Origin: Chloroflexota bacterium
Lineage (GTDB): Bacteria; Chloroflexota; UBA11872; VXOZ01
Assembly (NCBI GenBank): GCA_965221905.1
Contig: OZ244922.1
Span: forward strand, 3,168,001 to 3,232,000
Length of the DNA: 64,000 nt
Reading direction: 5' to 3'
How positions within the stretch are numbered: position 1 is the first letter of the stretch; each line of letters begins with the position of its first letter. The notes below the pieces were generated by a model that was not told where the DNA came from, made no database searches, and saw only the letters and a program-made list of their open reading frames with translations. Shown piece after piece: positions 20,828 through 33,371 of the stretch. A program made the translations under genes and the position numbers.

Positions 20828-21310
20828 ATGAATTCAGTTCCAATTTGGCGCTACATTGCCGTGGGCGTTGCCGGCGGTACGCTGTCCGGTCTCGCCGGTG
20901 TGGGCGGTGGTGTCGTTATCGTTCCCTTGATTACTGCCTACCTGGCTTTATCGCAGCGCCAGGCCCACGCGGTTAGCCTGGGCGCCATCGTGCCCACGGC
21001 GATTGCCTCTGCCTTAATCTATTCCTTGTGGCCCCGTGACGAGCCGCCTGGCAACGAAGTGCCAGCGTACATTGCCGGGGCCGGTTTCATGATCAGCGCC
21101 GTCATCGCGGCTCCGATCGGCGTGCGCATCTCACACCGCATCAATCAAAAGCAATTGCGCCGTCTCTTTGCCATCTTGCTCACGGCGGTCGGTCTCCGCA
21201 TGTTCTTGCAGCACCCGATGATCGGCAATGCGATCTTGATTGCCGGCCTCGTCTTGATGGTAATCATGGCGATTTGGAGCCTGGTATTGCAACGGGAGGA
21301 GACGGAATGA
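20828..21310 (+). CDS. Half-size TauE/SafE (TSUP) transporter
   Basis: SGLAGVGGGVVIVP, AHAVSL. Confidence 0.85.
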   Translation: MNSVPIWRYIAVGVAGGTLSGLAGVGGGVVIVPLITAYLALSQRQAHAVSLGAIVPTAIASALIYSLWPRDEPPGNEVPAYIAGAGFMISAVIAAPIGVRISHRINQKQLRRLFAILLTAVGLRMFLQHPMIGNAILIAGLVLMVIMAIWSLVLQREETE

Positions 21311-21750
21311 CCCTCGACCCCGAAATCGGCGTATTCCTCTTAAGTCTCTTCATTGGCTTTGGGGTCGGTCTGGTGAGCGGCACCATGGGGGTGGGCGGCG
21401 GTATCATCATGGTACCGGCGGCCGTACTTATTCTGGGATACGGCCAGCACATCGGACAGGGTATTTCGCTGGTAGTGATGATTCCCACCACGCTGGCCGG
21501 CGCCATAACCCACTACCGCATGAAGAACCTGGAACTGAGGCCCGTGCTGCTCATCGCGATTGGCGCGGTTGCCGCCGGATTGTTGGCTGCTCTAGTTGCG
21601 CAACAGCTCTCGCAGGCAACGCTGCAGCGCGTCTTCAGTATCTGGGTGCTCTATTCCGCCATCCGCGCCTGGGGTGTCAATGACTGGATAATGCGCCGCT
21701 TCTTCGCTCGTGCGCCTGAGGAAACCCCTGAAGAACCCCCGGAAGAGTGA
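21307..21750 (+). CDS. Half-size TauE/SafE (TSUP) transporter
   Basis: SGTMGVGGGIIMVP, QGISL; ATGA overlap with the upstream gene. Confidence 0.85.
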   Translation: MTLDPEIGVFLLSLFIGFGVGLVSGTMGVGGGIIMVPAAVLILGYGQHIGQGISLVVMIPTTLAGAITHYRMKNLELRPVLLIAIGAVAAGLLAALVAQQLSQATLQRVFSIWVLYSAIRAWGVNDWIMRRFFARAPEETPEEPPEE

Positions 21751-21813
21751 GCAGTGAGAACGCACAGGGTGGCGCATAGAGCACTCTCTTGATGCGGCTC
21801 GCGCCTACTTCAA

Positions 21814-21897
21814 CGTTCGCCCTGAGCTTGTCGAAGGGTGACACGTGCAAACACACCGCTCTTGCCGTTCATGCTTCGACAAGCTCAGCACGAACGG
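21814..21897. repeat. Paired inverted REP element (CTTCGACAAGCTCAG family)
   Basis: cgttcgccctgagcttgtcgaaggg ... ccgttcatgcttcgacaagctcagcacgaacgg. Confidence 0.85.
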
Positions 21898-22011
21898 GTT
21901 GGGTAGTCTCAGCCCCGTTGCAATCGGTACTACTTCGAAAAAACGCTTTACTGGGCGGAATGTTGTCCAGCAAGGCAAAAAGAAGAAGATAGCCCTGCCC
22001 TATTTAGGAGC

Positions 22012-22851
22012 TTACTCAAGCCCCAGCAGCGTCAGGCTCTCCCGGTGAATGATCTCCTCGATTACGTTGTCCGGTACACGCGGCAGCGCCGTGCCTGCCA
22101 CGAGCGCGTTCGCGTTGCGTAGCCCGGCCATCGTGTCGGCGGCACTGAAGAGCGGGAAGTCCGTGCCGAAGAGCACCTTATGCGCCGCGCCGTATTCAAC
22201 GGCGGTCATGAGGGCGTTATAAAACTGCCAGGGACGGGGGTAAAGGCCGCTGATGTCGGTGTAGACATTGGGGTGCTTGCGCACTACCGAGACCGTTTCC
22301 CCGATCCCGGGGTGCCCCATATGCGCCACGATGATCTTCAGGTCCGGGAAGCGAATCGCGACCTCATCCACCTGCCAGGGTTGGGCAAACCTGAGCGGCG
22401 CTTTGCGGACGAATGTCGTCCCTTGGTGCCACATGATGGGAATGCTTAGCGCGTCGGCTTTGGCGAACATGGCGAGCGCTCCATTGGAAAGCGGGTCGTA
22501 TCCCTGGTAGATGGGGCCGATCTTGAGGCCGCGCAGCCCGAGCTGCTTGACCGCATGCTCTAGCTGGTCGGGCGCTGCCGGATCGTTGGCGTCAACGCTG
22601 GCAAAACCGATCACGTTCCCGCCGGCTCCGCGCACGTAGTCAGCCACGTATTCATTGGGCACAACGATACCGCTATACCGGGCGTTGAGCGGAAAGACGA
22701 TGATGGCGTCTACGCCGGCGACGGCTTGCCGGTGCACCTCAGGCGGCGCGTGAATGGTGTGGTCTTTCCACGATGCATCGAGATCGGCCTTGAACTCGTC
22801 GCTAAGGTGTAGCGACGAATCTACCATGTGCGAGTGTACGTCTACAATCAT
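22012..22851 (-). CDS. Amidohydrolase_2 family metallo-hydrolase
   Basis: DVHSH, GLKI, WHQG, AHMG, FGTDFP. Confidence 0.9.
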   Translation of the reverse strand: MIVDVHSHMVDSSLHLSDEFKADLDASWKDHTIHAPPEVHRQAVAGVDAIIVFPLNARYSGIVVPNEYVADYVRGAGGNVIGFASVDANDPAAPDQLEHAVKQLGLRGLKIGPIYQGYDPLSNGALAMFAKADALSIPIMWHQGTTFVRKAPLRFAQPWQVDEVAIRFPDLKIIVAHMGHPGIGETVSVVRKHPNVYTDISGLYPRPWQFYNALMTAVEYGAAHKVLFGTDFPLFSAADTMAGLRNANALVAGTALPRVPDNVIEEIIHRESLTLLGLE

Positions 22852-23138
22852 GCTACCTACCATTCTCAAGTGTGGCGACGTGTGTGCGTGTCCGCTGCTT
22901 ACGTAGCACTAGAATACCACGCGCTAGGAAGCGATACGCAGGAGAGATTGCCTGGTTAGTCGTAGCCGAGGCTTGAAAACGAGGGCGCTACAACGTAGTA
23001 TGGAGATTACAGATAGCGGCCACCAAGCGGTCGCTTTCTTAATTTGGCACCGTCGACTCTGAACGGACGGCAACGGTCCCGCACGAGAGAGTCGTTACCA
23101 AGCCGTCGCGCGATTATGAGCAGGATTCAACTCAATTC

Positions 23139-24806
23139 ATGAACAGAGAATCGGCACGGACGCACATTTGCGGGCTCCTGGTGCAAGCACTCGGCGTGGC
23201 GCAGCAGCAGAATAAGCTGCCGCCGCTGGCGAATACCGACGTGACCGTTGAGTACGCCCCGCCGGAGAAGGCCGACTACGCGTCAAATCTCGCTTTGCGT
23301 CTCTCACGCGCCGTGCGCATGCCGCCCATGCAAGTTGCCGAGGTGATTGTGGCGGCGCTGCCGGAGAGCCCATACCTTGGAGAGATCAACGCGGCCCCGC
23401 CGGGGTTCATCAACTTCCATCTGGATGAGACGTGGCTGGCGCGGCAGGTACAGGAAATCGTGGATCTGGGTGAAGCCTACGGCAACTGCGACGTGGGGGC
23501 CGGCGCTGCGCTTCAGATCGAGTTTGGCAGCGCCAATCCTACCGGCCCGCTGACTATTGGCAGCGGACGCAACATCGTGCTTGGCGACACGCTGGCGCGC
23601 GTGCTGGAGGCTGCGAACTACGCCGTGCAGCGGGAGTACTACGTGAACGACGTTGGCAGCCAGATGGATACCTTTGCCCGTACGCTGCTGGCGCGCTACC
23701 AACAACTACACGGCACCGATGCCCACGTGCCTCCCGACGGCTACGCCGGAGAGTACATGGTGGACCTTGCCGCTCAGATCAATGAAGAATTGGGAAACGC
23801 CCTGCTCCAGTTGCCGGAGGGCGAGGCACTACAGAAGCTGCACGAGCGCGGCCTTGTCCTCATGTTGGCATCGATTCGCGAGGATTGTGCGCTGATGGGT
23901 GTGCAGTTCGACGAGTGGCTCTCCCAAGCCTGGTTGGAAGATGAAGGCCGGGTTCAAGCAGCCATCGATACGCTGCGCGAACACGGGCGCGTGGCCGAGC
24001 GGGAAGGCGCGACCTGGTTCGTTTCGAGCGACGTCGACGAAGACAAAGATAACGTGCTCGTGCGCAGCAACGGCGAACCCACGTACTTTGCCGCCGATAT
24101 CGCCTACCATGCCTACAAGCTGGAACGGGGCTACACCAGTCTCATCGACGTTTGGGGCGCGGACCATCACGGCCACGCGCCGCGTGTAAAAGCGTCGCTG
24201 GCGGCCCTCGGGCACGACCCGGAACAGCTTACGATCCTCCTCTATCAGCTTGTGCGGGTGATACGGGGCGGTGAAGAGGTGCGCATGTCCAAGCGCACCG
24301 GTGACGTAGTAACCGTGCGTGAGGTGGTCGAAGAGGTAGGGGTAGACGCGAGCCGCTACTTCCTGGTCGCGCGGTCGCCGGATACCGCCATGACCTTCGA
24401 CCTGGACTTGGCGCAGGAGCAGTCGGACGAGAATCCGGTGTACTACATCCAGTATGCCCACGCGCGCACGGCGAGTATTTTAAAACGCGCGCGGCAAGAC
24501 GGCATCGATCTTGGTGGCGCCGACCTCGACCTCTTGCAGCATCCGGCGGAGATTGCACTGCTGCGCCTGATGATTCGCTTACCGGAACTCGTAGAAGACG
24601 TCGCCATGCAGCATGCGCCGCACCGGCTGGCGTTCTTTGCCCAAGAGTTGGCGGCGCTCTTCCACGCCTTCTATCGCGATTGCCGCGTGATAGACTCCGA
24701 CAACCTGGCACTCTCGCATGCCCGCCTGCAACTCGTGCTTGCAGCCAAGCTTGTGCTGGCGCGCTGCCTGAGCTTGATGGGAATGTCCGCCCCGGACCAC
24801 ATGTAG
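23139..24806 (+). CDS. argS: Arginine-tRNA ligase
   Basis: SANPTGPL, EYYVND, TYFAADIAYH, WGADHHG, MSKRTG, YYIQYAHAR. Confidence 0.96.
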   Translation: MNRESARTHICGLLVQALGVAQQQNKLPPLANTDVTVEYAPPEKADYASNLALRLSRAVRMPPMQVAEVIVAALPESPYLGEINAAPPGFINFHLDETWLARQVQEIVDLGEAYGNCDVGAGAALQIEFGSANPTGPLTIGSGRNIVLGDTLARVLEAANYAVQREYYVNDVGSQMDTFARTLLARYQQLHGTDAHVPPDGYAGEYMVDLAAQINEELGNALLQLPEGEALQKLHERGLVLMLASIREDCALMGVQFDEWLSQAWLEDEGRVQAAIDTLREHGRVAEREGATWFVSSDVDEDKDNVLVRSNGEPTYFAADIAYHAYKLERGYTSLIDVWGADHHGHAPRVKASLAALGHDPEQLTILLYQLVRVIRGGEEVRMSKRTGDVVTVREVVEEVGVDASRYFLVARSPDTAMTFDLDLAQEQSDENPVYYIQYAHARTASILKRARQDGIDLGGADLDLLQHPAEIALLRLMIRLPELVEDVAMQHAPHRLAFFAQELAALFHAFYRDCRVIDSDNLALSHARLQLVLAAKLVLARCLSLMGMSAPDHM

Positions 24807-24960
24807 GTTTTCAAGTAAGCCACCGCTGACGCCCTTTCTCTTTGCAGCTTCTCGCAGGGTATCTTTCTTGCTCTTGGACATCTGTGAGTGCCGAGTTGTG
24901 AGACGGTTCGGCAGTGCCTTTCGATTTTTCTTCAGAGAGAGTGCCATCCCGCACTTTCAT

Positions 24961-25104
24961 CCGTTCACCCTAAGCGCCAAACCCGTTCACCCTAAGCTTG
25001 CCTGTCCTGAGCTTGTCGAAGGGTCGAAGGGCAAAGCGTGGCGGTACCTTAGCCGCAGTACGTACGCACTAACGTTCATGCTTCGACAGGCTCAGCACGA
25101 ACGG
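24961..25104. repeat. Composite/nested REP element (CTTCGACAAGCTCAG family)
   Basis: ccgttcaccctaagc duplicated; cctgtcctgagcttgtcgaagggtcgaaggg ... cttcgacaggctcagcacgaacgg. Confidence 0.8.
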
Positions 25105-25213
25105 AAAGATGAGCGTGCATATTGGAATGCGAATTAATGGCTCTCTTGCCGTAGGACAGAGACTAATCCCACGCTTCGTGGCGTGAAAAGCAAACACCAT
25201 CTCAGGCAAGATC

Positions 25214-26356
25214 TTAGGCGACCTCCTCGAGCACGGCGGCCACGTGCCAAAAGAGATTCCACACCTCGCGCACGAAGATGAGCCGGTTGGCGTCATTCGT
25301 GGGATAGAGGTGCGCAAAGAGGACAAATGACCGAAACACCACGGTCGTGTGTTCTTTGGCAGCCTCCGCAAGGAGAAGAGACTCACTAAAAGGCAGGTAG
25401 GCGTCGGCGTGGTCGTGGGCGACGTACAGCCGAGCGCGCACGTCCTGCATGGCGGCAGAGGGCGAAATTTCTTGCAGCCAACCCACGAGCGCCGGATCCC
25501 TCGCCAGAATCTGCTGGGTGCGGTGGGGGTCTTTATTCTCGTAGAGAGCGAGCAGGGTTCGACCTCGCTGTGAAAGCCTTTTCGGCGGCTCACCCTCGCC
25601 CGCGAGCGCGACACGGAGCTGCGCTCGTTCAGTCTCATTCTCAACGGTAGCCAGCAGCGCATTCTGAAACAGGCTGGAGGCAAGCGGGTCCGGTACCCAA
25701 GATTCAGTCTTGCCACGCACGACCACTTGCTGCGTGGTCACCGCACTGAGCACACTTGCCGCGTCGAAATAGCCCCCAAAGCTATGCACAAACGCCACGT
25801 CGTCGCGGACTCGGGGATCTGCCGCCGCCCGCAGCGCCAGGCCCGCCCCCACCGAAAACCCCAGAATGCCGATGCGCTCGCGGTCAACCTCCGACCGTTC
25901 CCGCAAGTGAAGTAGCGCCTGTACGATACCCTCGATCTCAATGGGGTCGATAATGCCCGCTTCCATACGGTGCGATTGGTGGACGAGTACCACCATGCCT
26001 TGTCGCGCCAAACCGCGCACGAGCGCCTGAGCATATGGATCGTCCGCCGGGGACGCGATACCCAAGTAAATGAGAATCGCGCCATACGGGCCTTCGCCCT
26101 CCGGCAAATAGAGATCGCCAACTAACGCTGAGTCTGTGCCGCTGTACACGGTTCGTTCTTGGCGAATGGGATTGCCAATGGTCTCAAGCGGCTTGATGGG
26201 AATCTGCGGCAGCACTTCGGTAAGCAGCAGCGCCGACTTCAAAATGGAGCGCTCCTGAGCAGCGCTAAGACAGCTAGTGAGTAACAGGCCGAAGACCAGC
26301 AGGAGGAGGATAGATGGACGGAGAATTCGCATCGGATTGATCGGCATCGCTTGCAA
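25214..26356 (-). CDS. Exported alpha/beta hydrolase-fold protein (possible lipoprotein)
   Basis: Signal-like LLLTSC, DLYLP, GFSVG elbow, late D and H; exact start uncertain. Confidence 0.7.
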   Translation of the reverse strand: MQAMPINPMRILRPSILLLLVFGLLLTSCLSAAQERSILKSALLLTEVLPQIPIKPLETIGNPIRQERTVYSGTDSALVGDLYLPEGEGPYGAILIYLGIASPADDPYAQALVRGLARQGMVVLVHQSHRMEAGIIDPIEIEGIVQALLHLRERSEVDRERIGILGFSVGAGLALRAAADPRVRDDVAFVHSFGGYFDAASVLSAVTTQQVVVRGKTESWVPDPLASSLFQNALLATVENETERAQLRVALAGEGEPPKRLSQRGRTLLALYENKDPHRTQQILARDPALVGWLQEISPSAAMQDVRARLYVAHDHADAYLPFSESLLLAEAAKEHTTVVFRSFVLFAHLYPTNDANRLIFVREVWNLFWHVAAVLEEVA

Positions 26357-26458
26357 TCAAGTCTCGAAGGTTGGACTATGATAGCCGTTCCGTCTTCATT
26401 GTATGTCAATCAAAGGCTAGGGGACACACGCGCGATTTGTCAGCGGCCGGAGGCCTTT

Positions 26459-26514
26459 CCGTTCGGCCTTCGACCCTTCGACAAACTCAGGACAGGCAGG
26501 CTCAGACCGAACGG
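26459..26514. repeat. Nested REP element (CTTCGACAAGCTCAG family)
   Basis: ccgttcggccttcgacccttcgacaaactcaggacaggcaggctcagaccgaacgg. Confidence 0.8.
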
Positions 26515-26720
26515 AACAATGTCCGTCCAGTCGGATGGTGTCGCACGCGTGCCGGCTAAATTCCAATTCTCAGTGCAAACAGAAATCCTAGTCAGGGTGC
26601 TCACCGAATTATGCTGCCTTAGCGTTTGCAAGCGTAGGAGCCGCGGCCCTTCCATACTTGACCGGCAGGGCCTCTTCGCCTATACTCAGATTAAGTTGCC
26701 TGTGTCCTCAAGGCAGGCGT

Positions 26721-26797
26721 GGCGCATTCGTCTAGAGGCCAAGGACACCGCCCTCTCAAGGCGGAGATCACGGGTTCGAATCCCGTATGCGCTACCA
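26721..26797 (+). tRNA. tRNA-Glu(CTC)
   Basis: Acceptor ggcgcat/atgcgct, anticodon arm ccgcc-ctCTCaa-ggcgg, T loop ggttcgaatcc, CCA encoded. Confidence 0.96.
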
Positions 26798-27005
26798 AAC
26801 AGGGCTTTGTGGGAGCGTAGCATGCGACCCTAGCGGTAGTAAACAATGCCGGTTGACTGGGCATGATTAGACTGGAGAGATTGCTCATGGGCAGTGGGGT
26901 ATTTGAGCCAAAGGAAGACGTGCAAAGAGCTTGATCGGTTTGCGTTGCTGCGTTTGGCTGCATGCGCGGCAATCGCTTGTAAAGACCGCAAAGAGTGCAT
27001 TGGGG

Positions 27006-27041
27006 CCGCTTTCGTCAGGTGATGAGAGCGGGTTTTTTGTT
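27006..27041 (+). terminator. Intrinsic terminator-like hairpin upstream of valS
   Basis: ccgctttcgtca-gg-tgatgagagcgg followed by gttttttgtt. Confidence 0.7.
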
Positions 27042-27103
27042 GCTCAATAATGAGAGTCTTGACGCGAAACGAATAAGTGATGACGAGAAAGGATAGCGCG
27101 AGG

Positions 27104-29800
<2,697 letters not shown>

Positions 29801-29880
29801 AAATGAGTATCAAGAATCAACAATAACCCGTGGCGGAATTAGTAGATATAGGCTTGAAGCTTTTGCGAGGCAGCGGTTCT

Positions 29881-29972
29881 TGTCATTCCGAGCGTAGCGG
29901 CGAACCAGAGTTCGAGGAATCTAGAAAGCTCCTGACTCTAGATTCCTCGTCGCTGCGCTCCTCGGAATGACA
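29881..29972. repeat. REP-like inverted-repeat element (GTCATTCC family)
   Basis: tgtcattccgagcgtagcg...gaggaatctaga / tctagattcctc...ctcggaatgaca. Confidence 0.85.
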
Positions 29973-30111
29973 GTTTGAGAATCTGGCTTTGGCCTGGGTA
30001 CGGCCACGTGTCTTGCATGTGACCCATGTATGCCTAAATCTACTAATTCCCACCCGTGGTTGAATGGACTCTTGATTATCAGACTCAATTTTCAGCCTTC
30101 GACAAGCTCAG

Positions 30112-30203
30112 GCCGAACGTGTTGGGACTGCCGAACGGGGGTCGGGACTGCCGAACGTGTTTGGGGTGCCGAACTGATTGGGAGTGCCGAACGGTTTGGG
30201 AGG
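30112..30203 (+). repeat. Degenerate tandem repeat, 5 x 18-20 bp
   Basis: Units starting gccgaac at 30112, 30130, 30150, 30168, 30186. Confidence 0.8.
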
Positions 30204-30428
30204 ACCAAAGGGGTAGGTGGCAGCTACGAGTAGCCTTTCTCCCCTAAGCCTGGGATAATCTGAATGGTTCGGGCCCATTGCCAGTGCGTTTGGCACAGGT
30301 GGCAAATCTGGGCTACGTTGCGAAGAACATAGTAAATTCAATTGGGCAATAGATACTTTCTTAGCATGTCTGCAACGGACGCAAGAGCATCAATTGCTCC
30401 CAAAAAGAATGAGGATGAGAATCTTTCG

Positions 30429-31145
30429 ATGATTACGTTAGTTTGGAACGACATAGCGGCCACGCAGCTTATCACGGCCGCGCAGGAAGCAAAGCGCTTG
30501 GCGGATGGGGCAACGGATAAGGAAGGGGCACAGAGCTGGGCGCGTGCCGCGATAGCGGCCGCTGTGGCGCTCGACCCCGCTGAATGCGATCTCGCACCCT
30601 TTCAGACGTTCGCCGCTGCCTTGGTCGCCGTGGGCGACGAGCAGCTCGTAAAGGACGCCGCCGAGGCGCTAACAAGACACCCGAAGGCGCTGTTCGCTCT
30701 TGCCGCCGCCGCCCGGGAAAATAAATGGGAAGACCTTGCGAATGTGACAATGGCGCGGTGCCTTGCGCAAACGGGAGCTTCGTCCTGGCCGGACGAGTTT
30801 TCGTATCAGCAAGCTTGGAAGCAGGAGTACGAGGAGCAACTGGTCGGCACATTGCTGAAAGTTTGGAAGAAGCGCGCCTCGCGCACCGTGGCGAAGGACG
30901 CGGTAGCACTCGCTGCGAAGTCCGATGATCTTGACGCCAAGCAGGTAGAAGACTCGCTCAAAGCGCTACTTACACCGGCAGACTTGTGGCCGCGGCCGAT
31001 CCAAAGACGTAGGCCGGCGCGCGGTAGGCAGGCCTCGTCCGGTCGTCCCCGCAGTGGCGGCCGCCGACCGGCAGCCGCTGGTCGTTCCCAGCAGCCTTCC
31101 CGCTCGCAGACGGCGCGGAAGCCTGAAGGCGGCGAGGCAAACTAG
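30429..31145 (+). CDS. Hypothetical helical protein with Arg-rich disordered C-terminal tail
   Basis: Ala-rich ORF with genome-like codon use; start inferred. Confidence 0.6.
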   Translation: MITLVWNDIAATQLITAAQEAKRLADGATDKEGAQSWARAAIAAAVALDPAECDLAPFQTFAAALVAVGDEQLVKDAAEALTRHPKALFALAAAARENKWEDLANVTMARCLAQTGASSWPDEFSYQQAWKQEYEEQLVGTLLKVWKKRASRTVAKDAVALAAKSDDLDAKQVEDSLKALLTPADLWPRPIQRRRPARGRQASSGRPRSGGRRPAAAGRSQQPSRSQTARKPEGGEAN

Positions 31146-31353
31146 CCCTATAGGGCGCATGTTGTGTTCACTTGCGCGGTGGCCGAATGCTGCTCCAGCC
31201 TACACGAGCGGGGACGCCTTCACGCCACCAGCGTTGGTTTCAGACTGACGGTACTTGACGATTCTTAGATTTCAGGAGCGGCACCAGACCTGCTGCTTGG
31301 CTTTGTCACGAATAGCATGATCCCGTCACAGGTCTCAGTCCACTACTTGCCTC

Positions 31354-32151
31354 ATGGCGAATGTCATTACGCTCACCACTGACTTTGGGACTGCCGACGG
31401 GTTCGTGGGCGCGATGAAGGGCGTGATACTGAGCCTGGCGCCCCACGCAACCGTCATAGACATCACACATGGTATCCCGCCACATGACATTCGGGCGGGT
31501 ACGTTTGCGCTCGAGACGGCGCTGCCCTTCTTTCCACAAAACGCAATCCACGTCGTCGTTGTGGACCCGGGCGTGGGCAGTGAGCGCGCGGCCATTCTCG
31601 TCGAGACTGAGCGGGGCCGGTTTCTGGCCCCTGACAACGGGGTGCTGACGAGCGTTGTACCGCACGATAGTTCCGCCCACGTTTACTCACTGGACAAACC
31701 CAATTACTGGCGGCGGCAGGTGAGCGCGACCTTCCACGGGCGCGACGTCTTTGCGCCGGTAGCGGCGCACCTCGTGCGGGGTGTCCGGCCCGCTTTGCTG
31801 GGGACACCGCGTGCCGAAATGGTGCGCCTTCCATGGCCGCAGCCGCACCAGTGCGGAGATGAAATCAGGGGTGAAGTAATCCACGTCGATCGTTTTGGGA
31901 ACTTGATTACGAACGTGCGGTTAGAGGACCTCGGCCCGGAACCCCAGCACGCTCGATTTCGCATTCGTGACAATACGGTGTGCGGCATCACGCCGCACTA
32001 CGCTGCCGGCAATGGCATTATAGTGGTCGTGAATAGCGGCGGGCGCATCGAAGTCGCCTTTCCCAATACGAGCGCGGCACGCGCGCTGAATATGGACGTT
32101 GGCGAAGAGATTTTCGTGACCCCTGCACACTTGGAACATGAAGAAGAGTAG
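31354..32151 (+). CDS. SAM hydroxide adenosyltransferase / SAM-dependent halogenase family (DUF62)
   Basis: ITLTTDFG, VVDPGVGS, APDNG, STFHGRD-like ATFHGRDVFAP, DRFGNLITN. Confidence 0.92.
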   Translation: MANVITLTTDFGTADGFVGAMKGVILSLAPHATVIDITHGIPPHDIRAGTFALETALPFFPQNAIHVVVVDPGVGSERAAILVETERGRFLAPDNGVLTSVVPHDSSAHVYSLDKPNYWRRQVSATFHGRDVFAPVAAHLVRGVRPALLGTPRAEMVRLPWPQPHQCGDEIRGEVIHVDRFGNLITNVRLEDLGPEPQHARFRIRDNTVCGITPHYAAGNGIIVVVNSGGRIEVAFPNTSAARALNMDVGEEIFVTPAHLEHEEE

Positions 32152-32193
32152 CGGTGCGCGGCGGTTAGACGGACTTGTAGAAGGAGGCAGCAC

Positions 32194-32934
32194 ATGGGCA
32201 CGCTCATGCCGGAACGCACCAAAGCGCTGACAGAGAGCAGCGACGCATTCTTGGCGTACCTCGCTGACTGGTACGCCGGTCTGGAACCGCTCGACGTGAA
32301 AGCTGATTGGGCCGCGAACGGGATCGCGGCGAAAAATGTCGCCGTGCTTGTCGTGGACATGGTCAACGGTTTCTGTCATGCAGGCCCCTTGGCGGGGGAG
32401 CGGGTGAAGGCGCTCATTCCACCGGTGCGGGCTGCGATTGAGCGCTGTTACGCCCTTGGCGTGCGCCACTTCCTGCTGCCGCAAGACACCCATCAACCCG
32501 ACGCCTTGGAGTTTGCGCAGTTCGGTCCGCACTGCGTGGCGGGCGAGAGCGAATCCGATACCGTACCCGAACTCGCCGGCTCGCCTGCCGCCGCTGCCTT
32601 TACGGTCGTGGAAAAAAACTCTCTGCACCCGGCATACGGCACCGGGCTTGCGGATTGGCTCGACCGGCATCCTGAGGTACGGTACTTTCTCGTCATTGGC
32701 GACTTCACCGACCTCTGCGTCTACCAAACGGCAATGTACCTGCGTCTCGCGGCCAATTCCGCCCAGCGCGATTGTCAGGTGGTGGTACCGGAGAATTGCG
32801 TGCAGACCTACGATCTGCCTGTTGCTCCCGCCCAAAGCATTGGCGCAATGCCGCACGACGGCGATCTGCTGCACCTTGTCTTTCTCTATCACATGGCGCT
32901 GAACGGTGTGCGCATCGTAAAAGCAGTAGAATAA
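32194..32934 (+). CDS. Isochorismatase/nicotinamidase-family cysteine hydrolase
   Basis: VVDMVNGF, QDTH, PHC, EKN, TDLCV. Confidence 0.88.
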   Translation: MGTLMPERTKALTESSDAFLAYLADWYAGLEPLDVKADWAANGIAAKNVAVLVVDMVNGFCHAGPLAGERVKALIPPVRAAIERCYALGVRHFLLPQDTHQPDALEFAQFGPHCVAGESESDTVPELAGSPAAAAFTVVEKNSLHPAYGTGLADWLDRHPEVRYFLVIGDFTDLCVYQTAMYLRLAANSAQRDCQVVVPENCVQTYDLPVAPAQSIGAMPHDGDLLHLVFLYHMALNGVRIVKAVE

Positions 32935-32996
32935 CACCACATGGTCTTGCGCTCACTCTGGAGACCTTTGCATAACCCTTGCCGAGGCGAGAAAGT

Positions 32997-33291
32997 CCCC
33001 TCTCCCGGCGGGAGAGGGTTAGGGTGAGGGGGAATCCCCGCAATCAGGGCCATTTTCACCAATTTTGCACACTTACGTATAGGTCTTAGAGGTTGAAAGG
33101 ACAGGATAAGCAGGAATCCCCTCACCCCGGTCTATACACTCCCCATGGAGAGGGAGTAATTCTTGCGCCTCTGGCGGAAGCTACACAAAGGTCTCCGCTG
33201 GGAGAAGGATGGGATGAGGGTGAGGATGACTTAACAGCAAGCCAACGCCAACTTCCCGCGCCCCTTGGATTCCGGCGCACGCCGGAATGAC
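32997..33291. repeat. Cluster of CCCTCTCCC/GGGAGAGGG palindromes plus a GTCATTCC half element
   Basis: cccctctcccggcgggagagggttagggtgagggg; cccctcacccc...ggagaggg; ggattccggcgcacgccggaatgacg. Confidence 0.75.
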
Positions 33292-33371
33292 GTGGGCTAT
33301 TCCGAGAATTCCTGAAGGGCGAGAATTGTCTCCCACAGCGTTCAAAAGGAAATTGAGAGGAAATAGCTACC

